Position numbers and translations under genes: made by a program
Notes under the pieces: generated by a model
What the model was told of the DNA's origin: nothing
What the model saw: the letters and a program-made list of their open reading frames with translations, nothing else
Database searches by the model: none
Source: Bacteroidetes bacterium GWF2_35_48
GTDB taxonomy: Bacteria; Bacteroidota; Bacteroidia; Bacteroidales; GWF2-35-48
Direction: 5' to 3'
NCBI GenBank assembly: GCA_001769125.1
Contig: MEOG01000132.1
Coordinates: 11,628-75,627, forward strand
DNA length: 64,000 nucleotides
Part shown: piece by piece, positions 43,311 to 53,507 of the stretch
Position numbering within the stretch: position 1 is the first letter of the stretch
Layout: each line of letters opens with the position of its first letter

Positions 43311-43665
43311 AGGCTGTAGACCCTCATTATTGTAACCCCAACAGCTTACCTCTGCTAACTAACGGCTGTAGGTCGTGCATTATGGGAACAAACAAACATA
43401 GATTTAAAGTTATCAACCAACTTTCCAGTCATACCTCTTTGTTATATGCAAGCCCTTCAGGCTTGTACTCTGATGAGAACTTTGGTTTTACTATAATGTA
43501 CCCTCTGCGAGGGTGGGGCTTGTTTCTATAAAAAGATGTAGGCTTTAATTATGGGAACAACCACTTCCAAAAAGCTTTGTTGATGCCTGTAGGCACGCAT
43601 TATTGGAACAGTCCTTTACTTCTCAGTTGTTGCTGATACCTGTAGTGTATCCATTATTGAAAGTT
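43311..43665. repeat. Five degenerate copies of a ~25-nt motif CTGTAGnnnnnnCATTAT(T/G)G(G/T)AAC, mostly at 50-53 nt spacing
   Basis: Motif starts near 43314, 43365, 43538, 43588 and 43641. Two small GC hairpins (caagcc-cttca-ggcttg and ccctc-tgcg-agggt) lie in the 173-nt gap between copies 2 and 3. Confidence 0.6.
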
Positions 43666-43705
43666 TTAAACATTCAATAATCTACAAATACAGAGTCAAG
43701 CCCTT

Positions 43706-45739
43706 TTATTTAATTTCCCCGCCATTCATAATATTCTTTTCAGGAGCAACAAAACACAAGCACCCATCACTGTTTTCTGCCATTAAAATCATTCCCTGAG
43801 ATTGAATCCCTTTTATTTCACGCGGTGCAAGGTTCACAAGGATTACCACTTTTTTGCCAATGATTTCTTCGGATGTGTAATATTCTGCAATGCCTGAAAC
43901 CACGCACCGTTTGTCAATTCCTGTATCAATAGTGAGCTTCAGAAGTTTTTTTGTTTTGGCAACTTTTTCTGCTGTAAGTATGGTTCCTGTACGAATATCC
44001 ATTTTTGAAAAATCATCAAAAGAAATATCCTGTTTTTGTGGCTTTGCAATTGCCGCTGCTGCTTCATTATTTTTTTTCGATTGCAGTAATTTATCAACCT
44101 GTGCTTTTATGGCGTCGTCTTCTATTTTTTCAAAAAGTAATGTTGCAGGATTCAGCGCATGTCCGGCTTTTAAATGATATTCTGTTCCTATTTTCTCCCA
44201 CCCTATTTTTTCGATGTTCAAAAGATGCCTCAATTTGTCTGCTGTAAAGGGTAAGAATGGTTCAATCAAAGTAGAAATATTTGCTGCTATTTGCAAGGAT
44301 ATATTCAGAATGGTTTTAACACGCGCTTCATCGGTTTTAATAAGCTTCCAGGGTTCTGTGTCCGCAAGGTATTTATTTCCCCAACGTGCAAGTTCCATGG
44401 CTTCTTTCAGTGCTTCCCTGAAACGATAATTCTCTATACTGTATTCAATATTAGATTTAATTTTTTTTGTTTCTTCCAGCATTTGTTTTTCATAATCTGT
44501 TTCTGCTGTAATTTCCGGTATTTTTCCATCAAAATATTTGTGTGTAAGTACCATGGCTCGGTTCACGAAATTCCCCAAAATAGCGACAAGTTCATTATTG
44601 TTGCGTGCCTGAAAATCTGCCCATGTAAAATCATTGTCTTTTGTTTCGGGCGCATTTGCTGTAAGGGTATAGCGCAACACATCCTGTTTGTCAGGAAAGT
44701 CAACCAAATATTCATGCAGCCATACAGCCCAGTTACGTGAAGTGGAAATTTTATCATTCTCAAGATTCAAAAACTCGTTGGCAGGAACATTCTCCGGAAG
44801 AATATAACTTCCTTCTGCTTTCAAAACTGTCGGGAAAACAATACAATGAAAAACAATGTTGTCTTTACCAATAAAATGAACCAGTTTTGTTTCTTGATCC
44901 TTCCAGTATAATTCCCACTTATCCGTCAGCTCTTTTGTTGCAGAAATATACCCAATAGGCGCATCAAACCAAACATACAGAACTTTTCCTTCAGCGCCTT
45001 CCACGGGAACAGGAACGCCCCAGTCGAGGTCGCGGCTTACAGCGCGGGGTTGCAAGCCCTGATCGAGCCATGATTTGCATTGCCCGTAAACATTGGCTTT
45101 CCATTCTTTATGTTCTTCGAGAATCCACTTCCGCAGCCAGGGCTCATATTTATCAAGAGGTAAAAACCAATGTTTTGTTTCTTTAAGCACAGGCTTACTT
45201 CCACTTAATGTAGATTTAGGGTTTATCAGATCTGTTGCATTCAGCGAAGTTCCGCATTTTTCACATTGATCGCCATACGCGTTTTCATTTCCACAATGCG
45301 GACAAGTTCCCGTAATATATCTGTCTGCAAGAAATTGATTTTCCTCTTCATCAAAATACTGCGCTGTAACTTTTTCAATGAATTCTCCTTTGTCATATAT
45401 CGTTTTAAATATTTCAGAAGCTGTTTCATAATGCACTTTGCTGGTCGTTCTGGAATAAATATCAAAAGAAATTCCAAACTCCTCAAACGATTTTTTTATA
45501 ATTTCATGATAGCGATTCACAACATCCTGAGGCGAAATCCCTTCTTTTTTTGCCTTGATAGTAATGGGAACACCGTGTTCATCGGAACCACCGATAAAAA
45601 GTACATCTTTCCCTCGTAACCGGAGATAACGGCAATAAATGTCTGCCGGCACGTAAACACCGGCTAAATGACCAATATGAATGGGGCCGTTTGCATAAGG
45701 AAGAGCAGAAGTTACCGTATATCTTTTAAAAATTTTCAT
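43706..45739 (-). CDS. metG: Methionine--tRNA ligase with C-terminal tRNA-binding (Trbp111/EMAP-like) domain
   Basis: [18 protein letters not shown] (HIGH), KISTSR (KMSKS variant), zinc knuckle [19 protein letters not shown]-terminal OB-fold block [14 protein letters not shown]. Start at the ATG 45739 (MKIFKRY), not the upstream TTG at 45778. Confidence 0.93.
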   Translation of the reverse strand: MKIFKRYTVTSALPYANGPIHIGHLAGVYVPADIYCRYLRLRGKDVLFIGGSDEHGVPITIKAKKEGISPQDVVNRYHEIIKKSFEEFGISFDIYSRTTSKVHYETASEIFKTIYDKGEFIEKVTAQYFDEEENQFLADRYITGTCPHCGNENAYGDQCEKCGTSLNATDLINPKSTLSGSKPVLKETKHWFLPLDKYEPWLRKWILEEHKEWKANVYGQCKSWLDQGLQPRAVSRDLDWGVPVPVEGAEGKVLYVWFDAPIGYISATKELTDKWELYWKDQETKLVHFIGKDNIVFHCIVFPTVLKAEGSYILPENVPANEFLNLENDKISTSRNWAVWLHEYLVDFPDKQDVLRYTLTANAPETKDNDFTWADFQARNNNELVAILGNFVNRAMVLTHKYFDGKIPEITAETDYEKQMLEETKKIKSNIEYSIENYRFREALKEAMELARWGNKYLADTEPWKLIKTDEARVKTILNISLQIAANISTLIEPFLPFTADKLRHLLNIEKIGWEKIGTEYHLKAGHALNPATLLFEKIEDDAIKAQVDKLLQSKKNNEAAAAIAKPQKQDISFDDFSKMDIRTGTILTAEKVAKTKKLLKLTIDTGIDKRCVVSGIAEYYTSEEIIGKKVVILVNLAPREIKGIQSQGMILMAENSDGCLCFVAPEKNIMNGGEIK

Positions 45740-46062
45740 GTTTTTGTTTTTTTGTATATAATTTTTATAATTTCGCAAAGATATTAATTAACGTTTAATT
45801 TTAAACCCTTGTGAAAATTTGAAAAAAAACAAATTGATTTTTGTTAACAGAATACAAATTTCCCGGTATCAGAAATATATATGAAAAAAAGAACTACTAC
45901 ATATCACAAACAATTTTACGAGAGTCTTGTATTCATAAAGAAAAAAGAATACATACTTTAGATTATTCCGATAAATCGACAAGCATATAATTTACTATAG
46001 TTTTACATTCAAAATTTATTATCTAACACTTTATTTATTTTCATTAATCAAACACTACAATC

Positions 46063-46968
46063 ATGATTAGGCCACCTTATTTAAAAAGAAGAGACACAAT
46101 AGGAATTGTTTCAACAGCAAGAAAAGTTACAGAGGCAGAACTTGCCCCGGCAATTAAGAAATTTCAGGAATGGGGACTAAAGGTTGCCATTGGTAAGAAT
46201 CTTTTTAATGAATACAATCAGTTTGCCGGTACCGACGAAGAAAGGGCAGAAGACTTTCAGGCAATGCTCGACGATCCGAATATCAAAGCTATTGTTTGCG
46301 CACGTGGCGGATACGGCACGATTCGCGTCATGGAAGAACTCAGCTTTTTTAAATTTAAAAAAGATTCCAAATGGATTGTTGGCTATAGCGACATCACAGT
46401 GCTGCACTCCTATATGCAAAAACATTTTTCATGCGAAACGATTCACGCTACCATGCCTCTGAATTTCCCGGAAGATGGCTCTGATAATGAATCTACCGTA
46501 TCGCTGAAAGCTGCTTTGTTCGGAGAACTTCCCGTGCAAAATGCAGCACCTCATGAATTTAACCGAACAGGCGAAACAGGAGGTATTCTTACAGGAGGAA
46601 ATCTGTCTTTAATTTCTAGCTTGAGAGGAACTTATCTGGAAGCGGAAATGAATGGCAGAATTTTGTTCATTGAAGATGTTGATGAATATTTGTATCATAT
46701 TGACCGTATGATGATGAACCTTAAAACCAGCGGTATTCTTGGTGGTTTAAAAGGTATGATTGTTGGTGGTTTTTCAGATATGAAAGACAATACGGTTCCT
46801 TTTGGAAAAACAGCTTATGAAATTATTAAAGACGCTGTTGATGATTTTGATTTTCCTGTTTGTTTTGGTTTTGAAGCCGGACACCTGCCTGTAAATAAAG
46901 CAATGTATATGGGAAGACCTGTAAAGTTGACTATTACAGACGAAGGAGTTGAATTGCGATTTTCGTAA
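46063..46968 (+). CDS. LD-carboxypeptidase (peptidase S66, LdcA/MccF-like)
   Basis: FAGTDEERAEDFQAMLDDPNIKAIVCARGGYG, nucleophile context VGYSDITVLH, and C-terminal FGFEAGH catalytic His block. Confidence 0.85.
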   Translation: MIRPPYLKRRDTIGIVSTARKVTEAELAPAIKKFQEWGLKVAIGKNLFNEYNQFAGTDEERAEDFQAMLDDPNIKAIVCARGGYGTIRVMEELSFFKFKKDSKWIVGYSDITVLHSYMQKHFSCETIHATMPLNFPEDGSDNESTVSLKAALFGELPVQNAAPHEFNRTGETGGILTGGNLSLISSLRGTYLEAEMNGRILFIEDVDEYLYHIDRMMMNLKTSGILGGLKGMIVGGFSDMKDNTVPFGKTAYEIIKDAVDDFDFPVCFGFEAGHLPVNKAMYMGRPVKLTITDEGVELRFS

Positions 46969-47135
46969 TTAGTGCTTGCAAGAAAACGTCAATTTCAACG
47001 TTACGCTCGACCTGAAAAGTAGTCATGTACATTAGTACATTAGTACACTCCTAATTTTCAGGTCTTCGCAAGCATTTCGGCAAGCTCAATGTATCACCTT
47101 GAACTTGACATTTTCTTATCAAGCACTGACACTAA
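46969..47135 (+). repeat. Palindromic element family 'P-long', copy 3
   Basis: Begins immediately after the stop codon. Left arm ttagtgcttgcaagaaaacgtcaa pairs with ttgacattttcttatcaagcact(gacactaa). Inner stem is acctgaaaa/ttttcaggt. The central loop contains gtacattagtacattagtacac. Confidence 0.75.
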
Positions 47136-47170
47136 TTATAAAAGACAGCTTTTTGCTCTTATAACCTAAG

Positions 47171-47222
47171 CCCGTTAAACTTCATTAAATGTATAAATGA
47201 AGAATAGCGGGTTTTTTGTTTT
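47171..47222 (+). terminator. Rho-independent terminator candidate downstream of the LD-carboxypeptidase gene
   Basis: Long imperfect hairpin cccgttaaacttcatt...aaatgaagaatagcggg followed by ttttttgtttt. Confidence 0.55.
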
Positions 47223-47396
47223 CAGTTTGTCAATTGTAGACTGACTGGTTTATCATTTTAAAAATTTTCGCTACGCCCGGTTATATACTTCCCTCTTCTG
47301 ACTTACGTCATTTACAACATTTTTCTCAATTTGCGTAACATCTTTAAAAGATTTTCTCAATTGTTTGAATAAATTCTTTTGCTTGTGTGGATTCCG

Positions 47397-47434
47397 GTAA
47401 TGTAAGGACGATGCACGCATCGTCCTTACATTAC
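47397..47434. repeat. Palindromic hairpin family 'P-short', copy 1 (terminator-like), abutting the FkbM gene stop
   Basis: gtaatgtaaggacgatgc-ac-gcatcgtccttacattac has 18-bp perfect arms. A homologous perfect palindrome lies at 63331-63374. Confidence 0.8.
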
Positions 47435-48177
47435 TACTTTTCTGGAACAAAATAAAAATCTTGCGATAAAGTAAGTTTTTCTTCAGAAGTAATATCGCGC
47501 AATTCGTGAGATTCATTTAGTATTTTTGGAGTATAACCCAGCGACTCGAAAAGGTTTATTACTTTCATTCTATTTTCATTTCCGTTAAGTTCCGATTGCA
47601 CCAACGGCTTAAAGCGTTTCAGCGTTTCCTTCATATTAGAAAAAACTTCGCTTTCGTATCCCTCCACATCGCATTTTACAAAGTCGAGCCGGTTAATATT
47701 TGCAAATAAAACATCTGGCATGCGCATTTCCACATCGAAAAATTTCTGATAATTTTCATTTGCAGATGAAACAACCTTTGTCATTCCATGGTGCAGAAGT
47801 CCGTCTCTTTCGGGCATTCCCATTTTAACATTTTTTTGTTCTCCGCCTAAAGCATAAGGAAAGAGTTCAAGGTTGTTGTGTCCACTTCGTTTCACATTTT
47901 TTTTCCAGATATTATAAAACATAGGGATCGGTTCAACGGCATAAATTCTTCCATTTTCACCTGCAAGATGCGACATCAGGGTGGAGTAATAACCAAGGTT
48001 TGCTCCAATATCAATACAGGTATTTCCGGGTTTTATAATTTTTTTCAGATAAAAAAGCTCGGGATATTGTTTTTTAAGATAACCATGACGAACCATGCTT
48101 AAATAGACTCTACTCGCCAGTTTTATATATCCTTCAATTCCTAAAAATTTTATCAGTATTTTTCTAATCAGCTTCAT
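47434..48177 (-). CDS. FkbM-family SAM-dependent methyltransferase
   Basis: CIDIGANLGYYS (motif I), RIYAVEP, ~247 aa, and FVKCDVEGYE typical of the FkbM family. Confidence 0.8.
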   Translation of the reverse strand: MKLIRKILIKFLGIEGYIKLASRVYLSMVRHGYLKKQYPELFYLKKIIKPGNTCIDIGANLGYYSTLMSHLAGENGRIYAVEPIPMFYNIWKKNVKRSGHNNLELFPYALGGEQKNVKMGMPERDGLLHHGMTKVVSSANENYQKFFDVEMRMPDVLFANINRLDFVKCDVEGYESEVFSNMKETLKRFKPLVQSELNGNENRMKVINLFESLGYTPKILNESHELRDITSEEKLTLSQDFYFVPEK

Positions 48178-48183
48178 TGATTT

Positions 48184-48450
48184 TTAATCTTTTATTTCTT
48201 CAAAATCCACATATTCTCCTGTATTCTTTAAATCATTGCCCTTCTTTTTTGAATCTTTATATTCAATGGTTACATCACCCTCTTTCTTTTTTTTAGCATC
48301 GTTATATGCCTGACCCTGCATGTTTTCAAAGTTTGTTAAAACTTTTTTCGCTAATCGTTTCAGAATAAATGGAAGGAGAAAACGCATTGCCAGTTTAAGC
48401 ACGTAGTAAATTACAATTGCCCAGAATACTATTTTAATAAATGTTTCCAA
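48184..48450 (-). CDS. DUF4834-like small membrane protein
   Basis: N-terminal TM helix FIKIVFWAIVIYYVLKLAMRFLLPFIL and C-terminal GEYVDFEEIKD, which from memory is typical of Bacteroidota DUF4834 proteins. Apparent TTG start. Confidence 0.6.
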   Translation of the reverse strand: METFIKIVFWAIVIYYVLKLAMRFLLPFILKRLAKKVLTNFENMQGQAYNDAKKKKEGDVTIEYKDSKKKGNDLKNTGEYVDFEEIKD

Positions 48451-48500
48451 ATGCGGAGGATGTTATAAGTTTTGTTTTTTTATAATTTTAAATAATAATG

Positions 48501-48620
48501 GGCTGCAGGTTACAAGTTGCAAGTTGCAGGTTTAACCGTAGACTGAGCGCCTGCCTGTCCGCCTGCCTGCCGGCGAGGCAGGGTAGGCAGGGAGTCGAAG
48601 TCAAGGTTGCAGGTTGCAAT
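48501..48620. repeat. Inverted copy of the GC-rich hairpin unit, flanked by gttgcaggt-type motifs
   Basis: The reverse complement reads attgcaacctgcaaccttgacttcgactccctgcctacc[ctgcctcgccggcaggcaggc]ggacaggcaggcgctcagtctacggttaaacctgcaac. This equals 13858-13918 plus a ~21-nt insertion. Confidence 0.8.
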
Positions 48621-48808
48621 TTAAACATTGCCATCATTAATTTAGTTTGCGAAGTTATTATTTTTCTCATAATTATAAAAATTCAATATTCAAATCATAA
48701 GTCCACTCTATTAAGTCTATTTTAGCCACAAAAAGCTCAAAAACATTAAAATTCACTAAATCATATTTTATTTATAATCTTTGGTTTGTGTAATTTCGTG
48801 CGTTCGTG

Positions 48809-48858
48809 TTCCTGCCTGCCGAAGTGGCAGCACAGGTAGGTTAGTGGCAAATTTTGTA
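48809..48858. repeat. Hairpin plus GGTTAGTGGCAAA unit
   Basis: ttcctgcctgccgaagtggcagcacaggtaggttagtggcaaatttt parallels ccctgcc...gggcaggctggttagtggtaaaattt at 13965-14020. Confidence 0.6.
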
Positions 48859-48977
48859 GATAATACTTTTCAACGTATACTCAAACATAAAAATTTCGTC
48901 TGTTTTATTGCCAATCGGAATAAAATATATATTTTAGTAAGTTTTAAACGTATCGAATAAATTAAAGGATTAATACG

Positions 48978-51900
48978 ATGAAATATTTATTTCTTCTGTT
49001 TCTGATACTATCTTTGAGTGGATATACTCAAGTTCAGGAAAATTTCTCTGACGGGGATTTTACAAACAATCCCACATGGAATGGCGATGCTACTGAGTTT
49101 ATTGTAAGTACATCAACATCTATTCCCACGGCTATGAGACCGGGTTTAAGACTCAATGGAAATGCGGCAGGAGGCGTTTCTCATTTATATGTTACGGATA
49201 CCATTTCGAGCATTGATAACTTCCAGTGGGAATTCTGGGTGCGCCTTTCTTTGAATCCTACCAGTACGAACTGTGCGCGCTTTTATTTAGTATCCGACTC
49301 TTCCGATTTTGAAAGCAATTTAAACGGATATTTTATTCAGATTGGAGAATACAGCGATAAAATAGGACTTTGCAAACAAACCGGAACAACTGTTCAGCAA
49401 CTTATTACGGGCACTGTTGCGAATTTGAATGTAACTTCATCGCAAATAAGAATAAAGGTTACCCGCGATAATACAGGTTTGTGGAAATTGTATTCAGACC
49501 CTGTTGGTGGCTCTGTTTATCAGCTTGAGGGCTCTGTAACCGATCTTACTTATAGCAGCTCTTTCTTTTCAGGCATCTTTGCCAAATATACTTCGAGCAA
49601 TTATCAAGGTTTCTTTTTTGATGATATTTATATCGGCGCAATTCCTGTTGATACGACAGCACCTGAAATTGTTTCTGTTACAGTAATATCGCCAACAGCG
49701 CTTGATATTGTCTTTTCCGAACCTGTAGATCTGGCTACAGCAGAAACAAATTCAAATTATTTTGTAACCAATAATGTGGGAAATCCTTCTTCTGCAACCC
49801 GCGATGCGTCTCAGTTCTCATTAGTGCATTTGATTTTTTCCTCGCCTTTTCCTGATGGATTGACAGATACAATTTATGTGTACAATGTTCAGGATTCAGA
49901 GGGCAATGCTATAGATACTATTTCTGAAACCTTCATTTATCAGAGCATACCCACACAATTTTCCGATGCCTTTACTGATGGGAATTTCACTCAAAATCCC
50001 GCTTGGTTTGGAGACGACAGCCTTTTTCTATGTGAACAGATTTCCGGAAATTATCTTCTCCGGCTGAACGGTACAGTTCCAAAAACTGCCTGTCTTTACA
50101 CACAACTCGCGCTACAAGACTCAATGGAATGGCAATTTGATGTACGCGTAAATTTAAGCCCATCAAGCACTACGTATTTAAAAGTATTTCTCGCTTCAGA
50201 TCAAAATAATTTGACAGGCTCATTAAACGGATATTATCTGCAAATGGGCGAATCCAATGCAACCGATGTAGTGCGGCTTTTTAGAATGGACGGTACAACA
50301 CCTGCTGAAATTTGCAGCGGAACAACAAATATTTCTGCACCTTTTTTAATGCGTATTAAAGTAGTAAAACATGCATCAGGCGAATGGAAACTCTATACAG
50401 CTCCTTACGGAGGAACTAATTATTCATTAGAAGCGAGTGGCACAGACGCAACCTACACCGATTTAAATTATTTCGGTTTGCTTTGCAAATACTCTACAAG
50501 CTCGTATGCTAAAGAATTTTATTTTGATAATTTTTATGCAGGTCTAATTGTTCCCGATACGATTCCTCCCTCAATAACATCTGTTTCTATTAGCACTGCA
50601 TCCACTATAGCCGTCCTTTTTTCTGAACCTTTGTTGACAAGCACAGCACAAGACACGGCAAACTATATATTAAATTCCGGCGCCGGAAACCCTGTTTCTG
50701 CTGTTACTGATATTTCAAATCCTGCACTTGTCCATCTTACTTTCGGAAATAATTTTATCGGCAATACGTATTATACACTTACTGTCGAAAATGTTCAGGA
50801 TCTTTCAGGAAATACGATTGCATCTGCTTCTTCCAGCTTTTATTACATTGAAGCTCCTGCTATGGTTTACGATGATTTTTCAGACGGCGATTTTTATTCG
50901 AATCCAACGTGGGAAGGCGATGTTGGAAAATTTATGGTAAACGACCAGCAACGCTTAGAACTTTTTACAATGCTCAGTACAGGATATGATACAGCCTATC
51001 TCTCAACACCCGTGAACATTTCGCTTGACTCAATGGAATGGCAGGTATATATTAAACTTTTGTTTGCCCCTTCGGATAATAATAATTTACGTTATTATCT
51101 GATGTCTGACAATGCAAATCTAAAAAGTTCTCTGAACGGATATTTTTTAAAAATAGGTGAAAACGGCTCCAGCGATGCTATTGAATTATACAGACAAGAT
51201 GGAACAACAACATCTCTTGTTTGCCGCGGGCAAGACGGTTTAATGGGAACAAGCTATCCTTTTGCAAGAATTAAAGTACGGCATAAAACGAATGGAGAAT
51301 GGACAATATATGCAGACACAACAGGAAGCTACAATTTCCAATATCAGGTTTCAGGAAACGACAATACATATAATTTGGAATTATTTAATTTTGGACCCTG
51401 GTGTAAATTCTCGTCTTCTTATGATGAGGAAAAATTTTTCTATGATGATATCTATACCGGACCTTATATAAACGACACAATTTCTCCGGTACTCAACAAC
51501 CTTGTTCTTATTGACAGCACACAACTTCAATTGTATTTCTCGGAAAATATTTCTCCGACAGAAGCTAACAATCTTGCCAATTATTTTGTGAACAGAGGGG
51601 TAGGCAATCCGTTTGTTGCCGAGCAAAGTATATTCAACGGCTCTATCGTGTCTTTGAGGTTTTCTGCGCCATTTAAAGAAGACACAATATATTCAATAAC
51701 CATAAGCAACATAAAAGACTCCGAAGGAAATCTTATTTCAGCGCCCATATCAAAAACATTTTCTTATCACATAACGAAACCTTATGATGTGGTTATTAAT
51801 GAAATTATGTGCGATCCCACACCTGTAGTAACCCTTCCGGAGGTCGAATACATAGAACTTTTTAACCGTACACATTTTGACATAGACATTTCAGGCTGGA

Positions 51901-53420
51901 CTATTACAGTAGGTTCTACAATAAAATCGTTCCCGCAATGTAAAATTTCGGCAGACAGTTTTCTTTTGGTTACCTCTGTAAATAATGAACATTTATTTTC
52001 AGGCTATGGTCGCGCTGTTGGTATGTTATCAAATGATGTGCTTACTAACTCCGGCGCAACCGTGTTGTTGAATGACAATAACGGAGTACTTATTTCAAGC
52101 GTGATTTATTCTGATTCGTGGTATAAGGATAACAACAAAAAAGAAGGAGGTTGGTCGCTTGAACAGATAGACCCATCGAATCCTTGCGGAGGAAGCAATA
52201 ACTGGACTGCTTCCACAAATATAAAAGGTGGTACTCCTAATGCTGTAAATTCAGTCTTTGCAAGCAATCCGGATAATTTAATGCCGGAGCTGGTTCATGC
52301 TGTATTAAATGCAACAAATGACAGCTTGAGGTTGTTTTTTAATGAGCCACTAAAGCAAGGGAGTATTCTTTCCGGCAGTTTTACGCTCAGCAATGGATAC
52401 ACTCCTGTTAGTGCTGCTATAATAGCGCCTGAAAACATTTCAGTAGTTCTTGCATTTACACAAGCATTCCCCGATGGCACAACCTATACCGTAACCGTAA
52501 ACAGCCCTGTTTCAGATTGTGTTGGTAATGTTATCGGAAATGAGAACACTGCAAAATTTGCAGTTGCGCAAACTCTTGCTCCCAATGACCTTGTTATTAA
52601 TGAAATTCTTTTCAACCCGATTGAACCGGCTGTAGATTTTGTGGAAATTTATAACCGCTCCAACAAAGTATTGAATTTTAAAGACGCACGTATAGCTTCA
52701 CGCAAAACAGATTTATCGTTAAATACTCCTTATGATATTGCAAAAGACGGTCGTTTGATTTTTCCCGGCGAATACTTTGTTCTTACAACAAATCCAAGCA
52801 CTGTAAAAAATCAGTATTATACAGAAAATCCTAAAAATTTCATAACAATAACAACGCTTCCTTCATTTGCCAATACATCCGGAGAAGCTGTGGTTGTTGA
52901 TAAATCTCTCGTTGTGATTGACGATTTTGCATACGATGAAAAAATGCATTACAGCCTGCTTACATCGTTTAAAGGAGTTTCTCTTGAAAGAGTAAATCCG
53001 AACCAGCCCACTGAAGATAATAACAACTGGCATTCTGCCGCGCAAAGTGTGAATTATGGAACTCCTGCCTACAAAAACTCGCAATATCTTGATATCATTC
53101 CGGCTGTAGAAGAAATAAGCCTTTTGCCCGAAGTTTTTTCTCCTGATAATGATGGATACAACGACCGGTTAATGATTTCCTATAAATTTGAACAAACAAA
53201 TTTTACAGCCAATATTACAATTTATGATGCAAAAGGAAGGCTTGTGAAAAAATTAGTTAAAAACGAACTTCTGGCAACAGAAGGCTTTTTTGTATGGGAC
53301 GGATTAAATGAATCAAACAACAAAGCAGATATTGGAATTTATTTGGTTTTTGTAGAAGTTTTTGATCTTGACGGGAAAGTAAAACAATATAAAAAAACAT
53401 GTGTTTTGGCTAGTCTGTAG
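48978..53420 (+). CDS. Giant secreted modular protein (1480 aa): four ~300-aa modules, two lamin-tail-domain (LTD)-like modules, T9SS type-B-like C-terminal domain
   Basis: Signal peptide. A module is repeated four times (F.DGDF..NP.W.GD...F.V...; ME/FQWEF.V.L...S..N..R.YL.SD...L...LNGY.L..GE; W.LY....G...Y; SbsA-Ig-like DT..P.I.SV..). The LTD motifs are VINEIMCDP..VEYIELFNRT..DISGW and VINEILFNPIEPAVDFVEIYNRS. The C-terminus is EVFSPDNDGYNDRL.I.Y. Confidence 0.8.
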   Translation: MKYLFLLFLILSLSGYTQVQENFSDGDFTNNPTWNGDATEFIVSTSTSIPTAMRPGLRLNGNAAGGVSHLYVTDTISSIDNFQWEFWVRLSLNPTSTNCARFYLVSDSSDFESNLNGYFIQIGEYSDKIGLCKQTGTTVQQLITGTVANLNVTSSQIRIKVTRDNTGLWKLYSDPVGGSVYQLEGSVTDLTYSSSFFSGIFAKYTSSNYQGFFFDDIYIGAIPVDTTAPEIVSVTVISPTALDIVFSEPVDLATAETNSNYFVTNNVGNPSSATRDASQFSLVHLIFSSPFPDGLTDTIYVYNVQDSEGNAIDTISETFIYQSIPTQFSDAFTDGNFTQNPAWFGDDSLFLCEQISGNYLLRLNGTVPKTACLYTQLALQDSMEWQFDVRVNLSPSSTTYLKVFLASDQNNLTGSLNGYYLQMGESNATDVVRLFRMDGTTPAEICSGTTNISAPFLMRIKVVKHASGEWKLYTAPYGGTNYSLEASGTDATYTDLNYFGLLCKYSTSSYAKEFYFDNFYAGLIVPDTIPPSITSVSISTASTIAVLFSEPLLTSTAQDTANYILNSGAGNPVSAVTDISNPALVHLTFGNNFIGNTYYTLTVENVQDLSGNTIASASSSFYYIEAPAMVYDDFSDGDFYSNPTWEGDVGKFMVNDQQRLELFTMLSTGYDTAYLSTPVNISLDSMEWQVYIKLLFAPSDNNNLRYYLMSDNANLKSSLNGYFLKIGENGSSDAIELYRQDGTTTSLVCRGQDGLMGTSYPFARIKVRHKTNGEWTIYADTTGSYNFQYQVSGNDNTYNLELFNFGPWCKFSSSYDEEKFFYDDIYTGPYINDTISPVLNNLVLIDSTQLQLYFSENISPTEANNLANYFVNRGVGNPFVAEQSIFNGSIVSLRFSAPFKEDTIYSITISNIKDSEGNLISAPISKTFSYHITKPYDVVINEIMCDPTPVVTLPEVEYIELFNRTHFDIDISGWTITVGSTIKSFPQCKISADSFLLVTSVNNEHLFSGYGRAVGMLSNDVLTNSGATVLLNDNNGVLISSVIYSDSWYKDNNKKEGGWSLEQIDPSNPCGGSNNWTASTNIKGGTPNAVNSVFASNPDNLMPELVHAVLNATNDSLRLFFNEPLKQGSILSGSFTLSNGYTPVSAAIIAPENISVVLAFTQAFPDGTTYTVTVNSPVSDCVGNVIGNENTAKFAVAQTLAPNDLVINEILFNPIEPAVDFVEIYNRSNKVLNFKDARIASRKTDLSLNTPYDIAKDGRLIFPGEYFVLTTNPSTVKNQYYTENPKNFITITTLPSFANTSGEAVVVDKSLVVIDDFAYDEKMHYSLLTSFKGVSLERVNPNQPTEDNNNWHSAAQSVNYGTPAYKNSQYLDIIPAVEEISLLPEVFSPDNDGYNDRLMISYKFEQTNFTANITIYDAKGRLVKKLVKNELLATEGFFVWDGLNESNNKADIGIYLVFVEVFDLDGKVKQYKKTCVLASL

Positions 53421-53507
53421 AATCGTTCCATGGAACGATTGTACAGTACAAATCAAAAATTTTAAATTCCAAAAAAATAAAATCAATAAATAATATCATA
53501 AATCATC

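Noticed and set aside
43440-43525. CTGATGAG motif next to small hairpins, suggesting a hammerhead ribozyme
   Set aside because: After CTGATGAG there is no stem II closed by GAAA, and no stem III or cleavage-site arrangement. Only the heptamer matches, which is expected by chance.
43630-43660. DnaA-box-like sequence (tgtatccat) and a phased motif array as a replication origin
   Set aside because: There is only one weak box with two mismatches to TTATCCACA. No dnaA/dnaN neighbourhood or AT-rich unwinding element pattern was seen.
43311-43665. Possible small or degenerate CRISPR array (five ~25-nt repeats with ~26-nt spacers)
   Set aside because: The repeats are far from identical, with several mismatches in each pair. 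The spacers are too short and one interval is 173 nt. No leader or cas genes are in the window. It is better described as a degenerate tandem or phased motif array.
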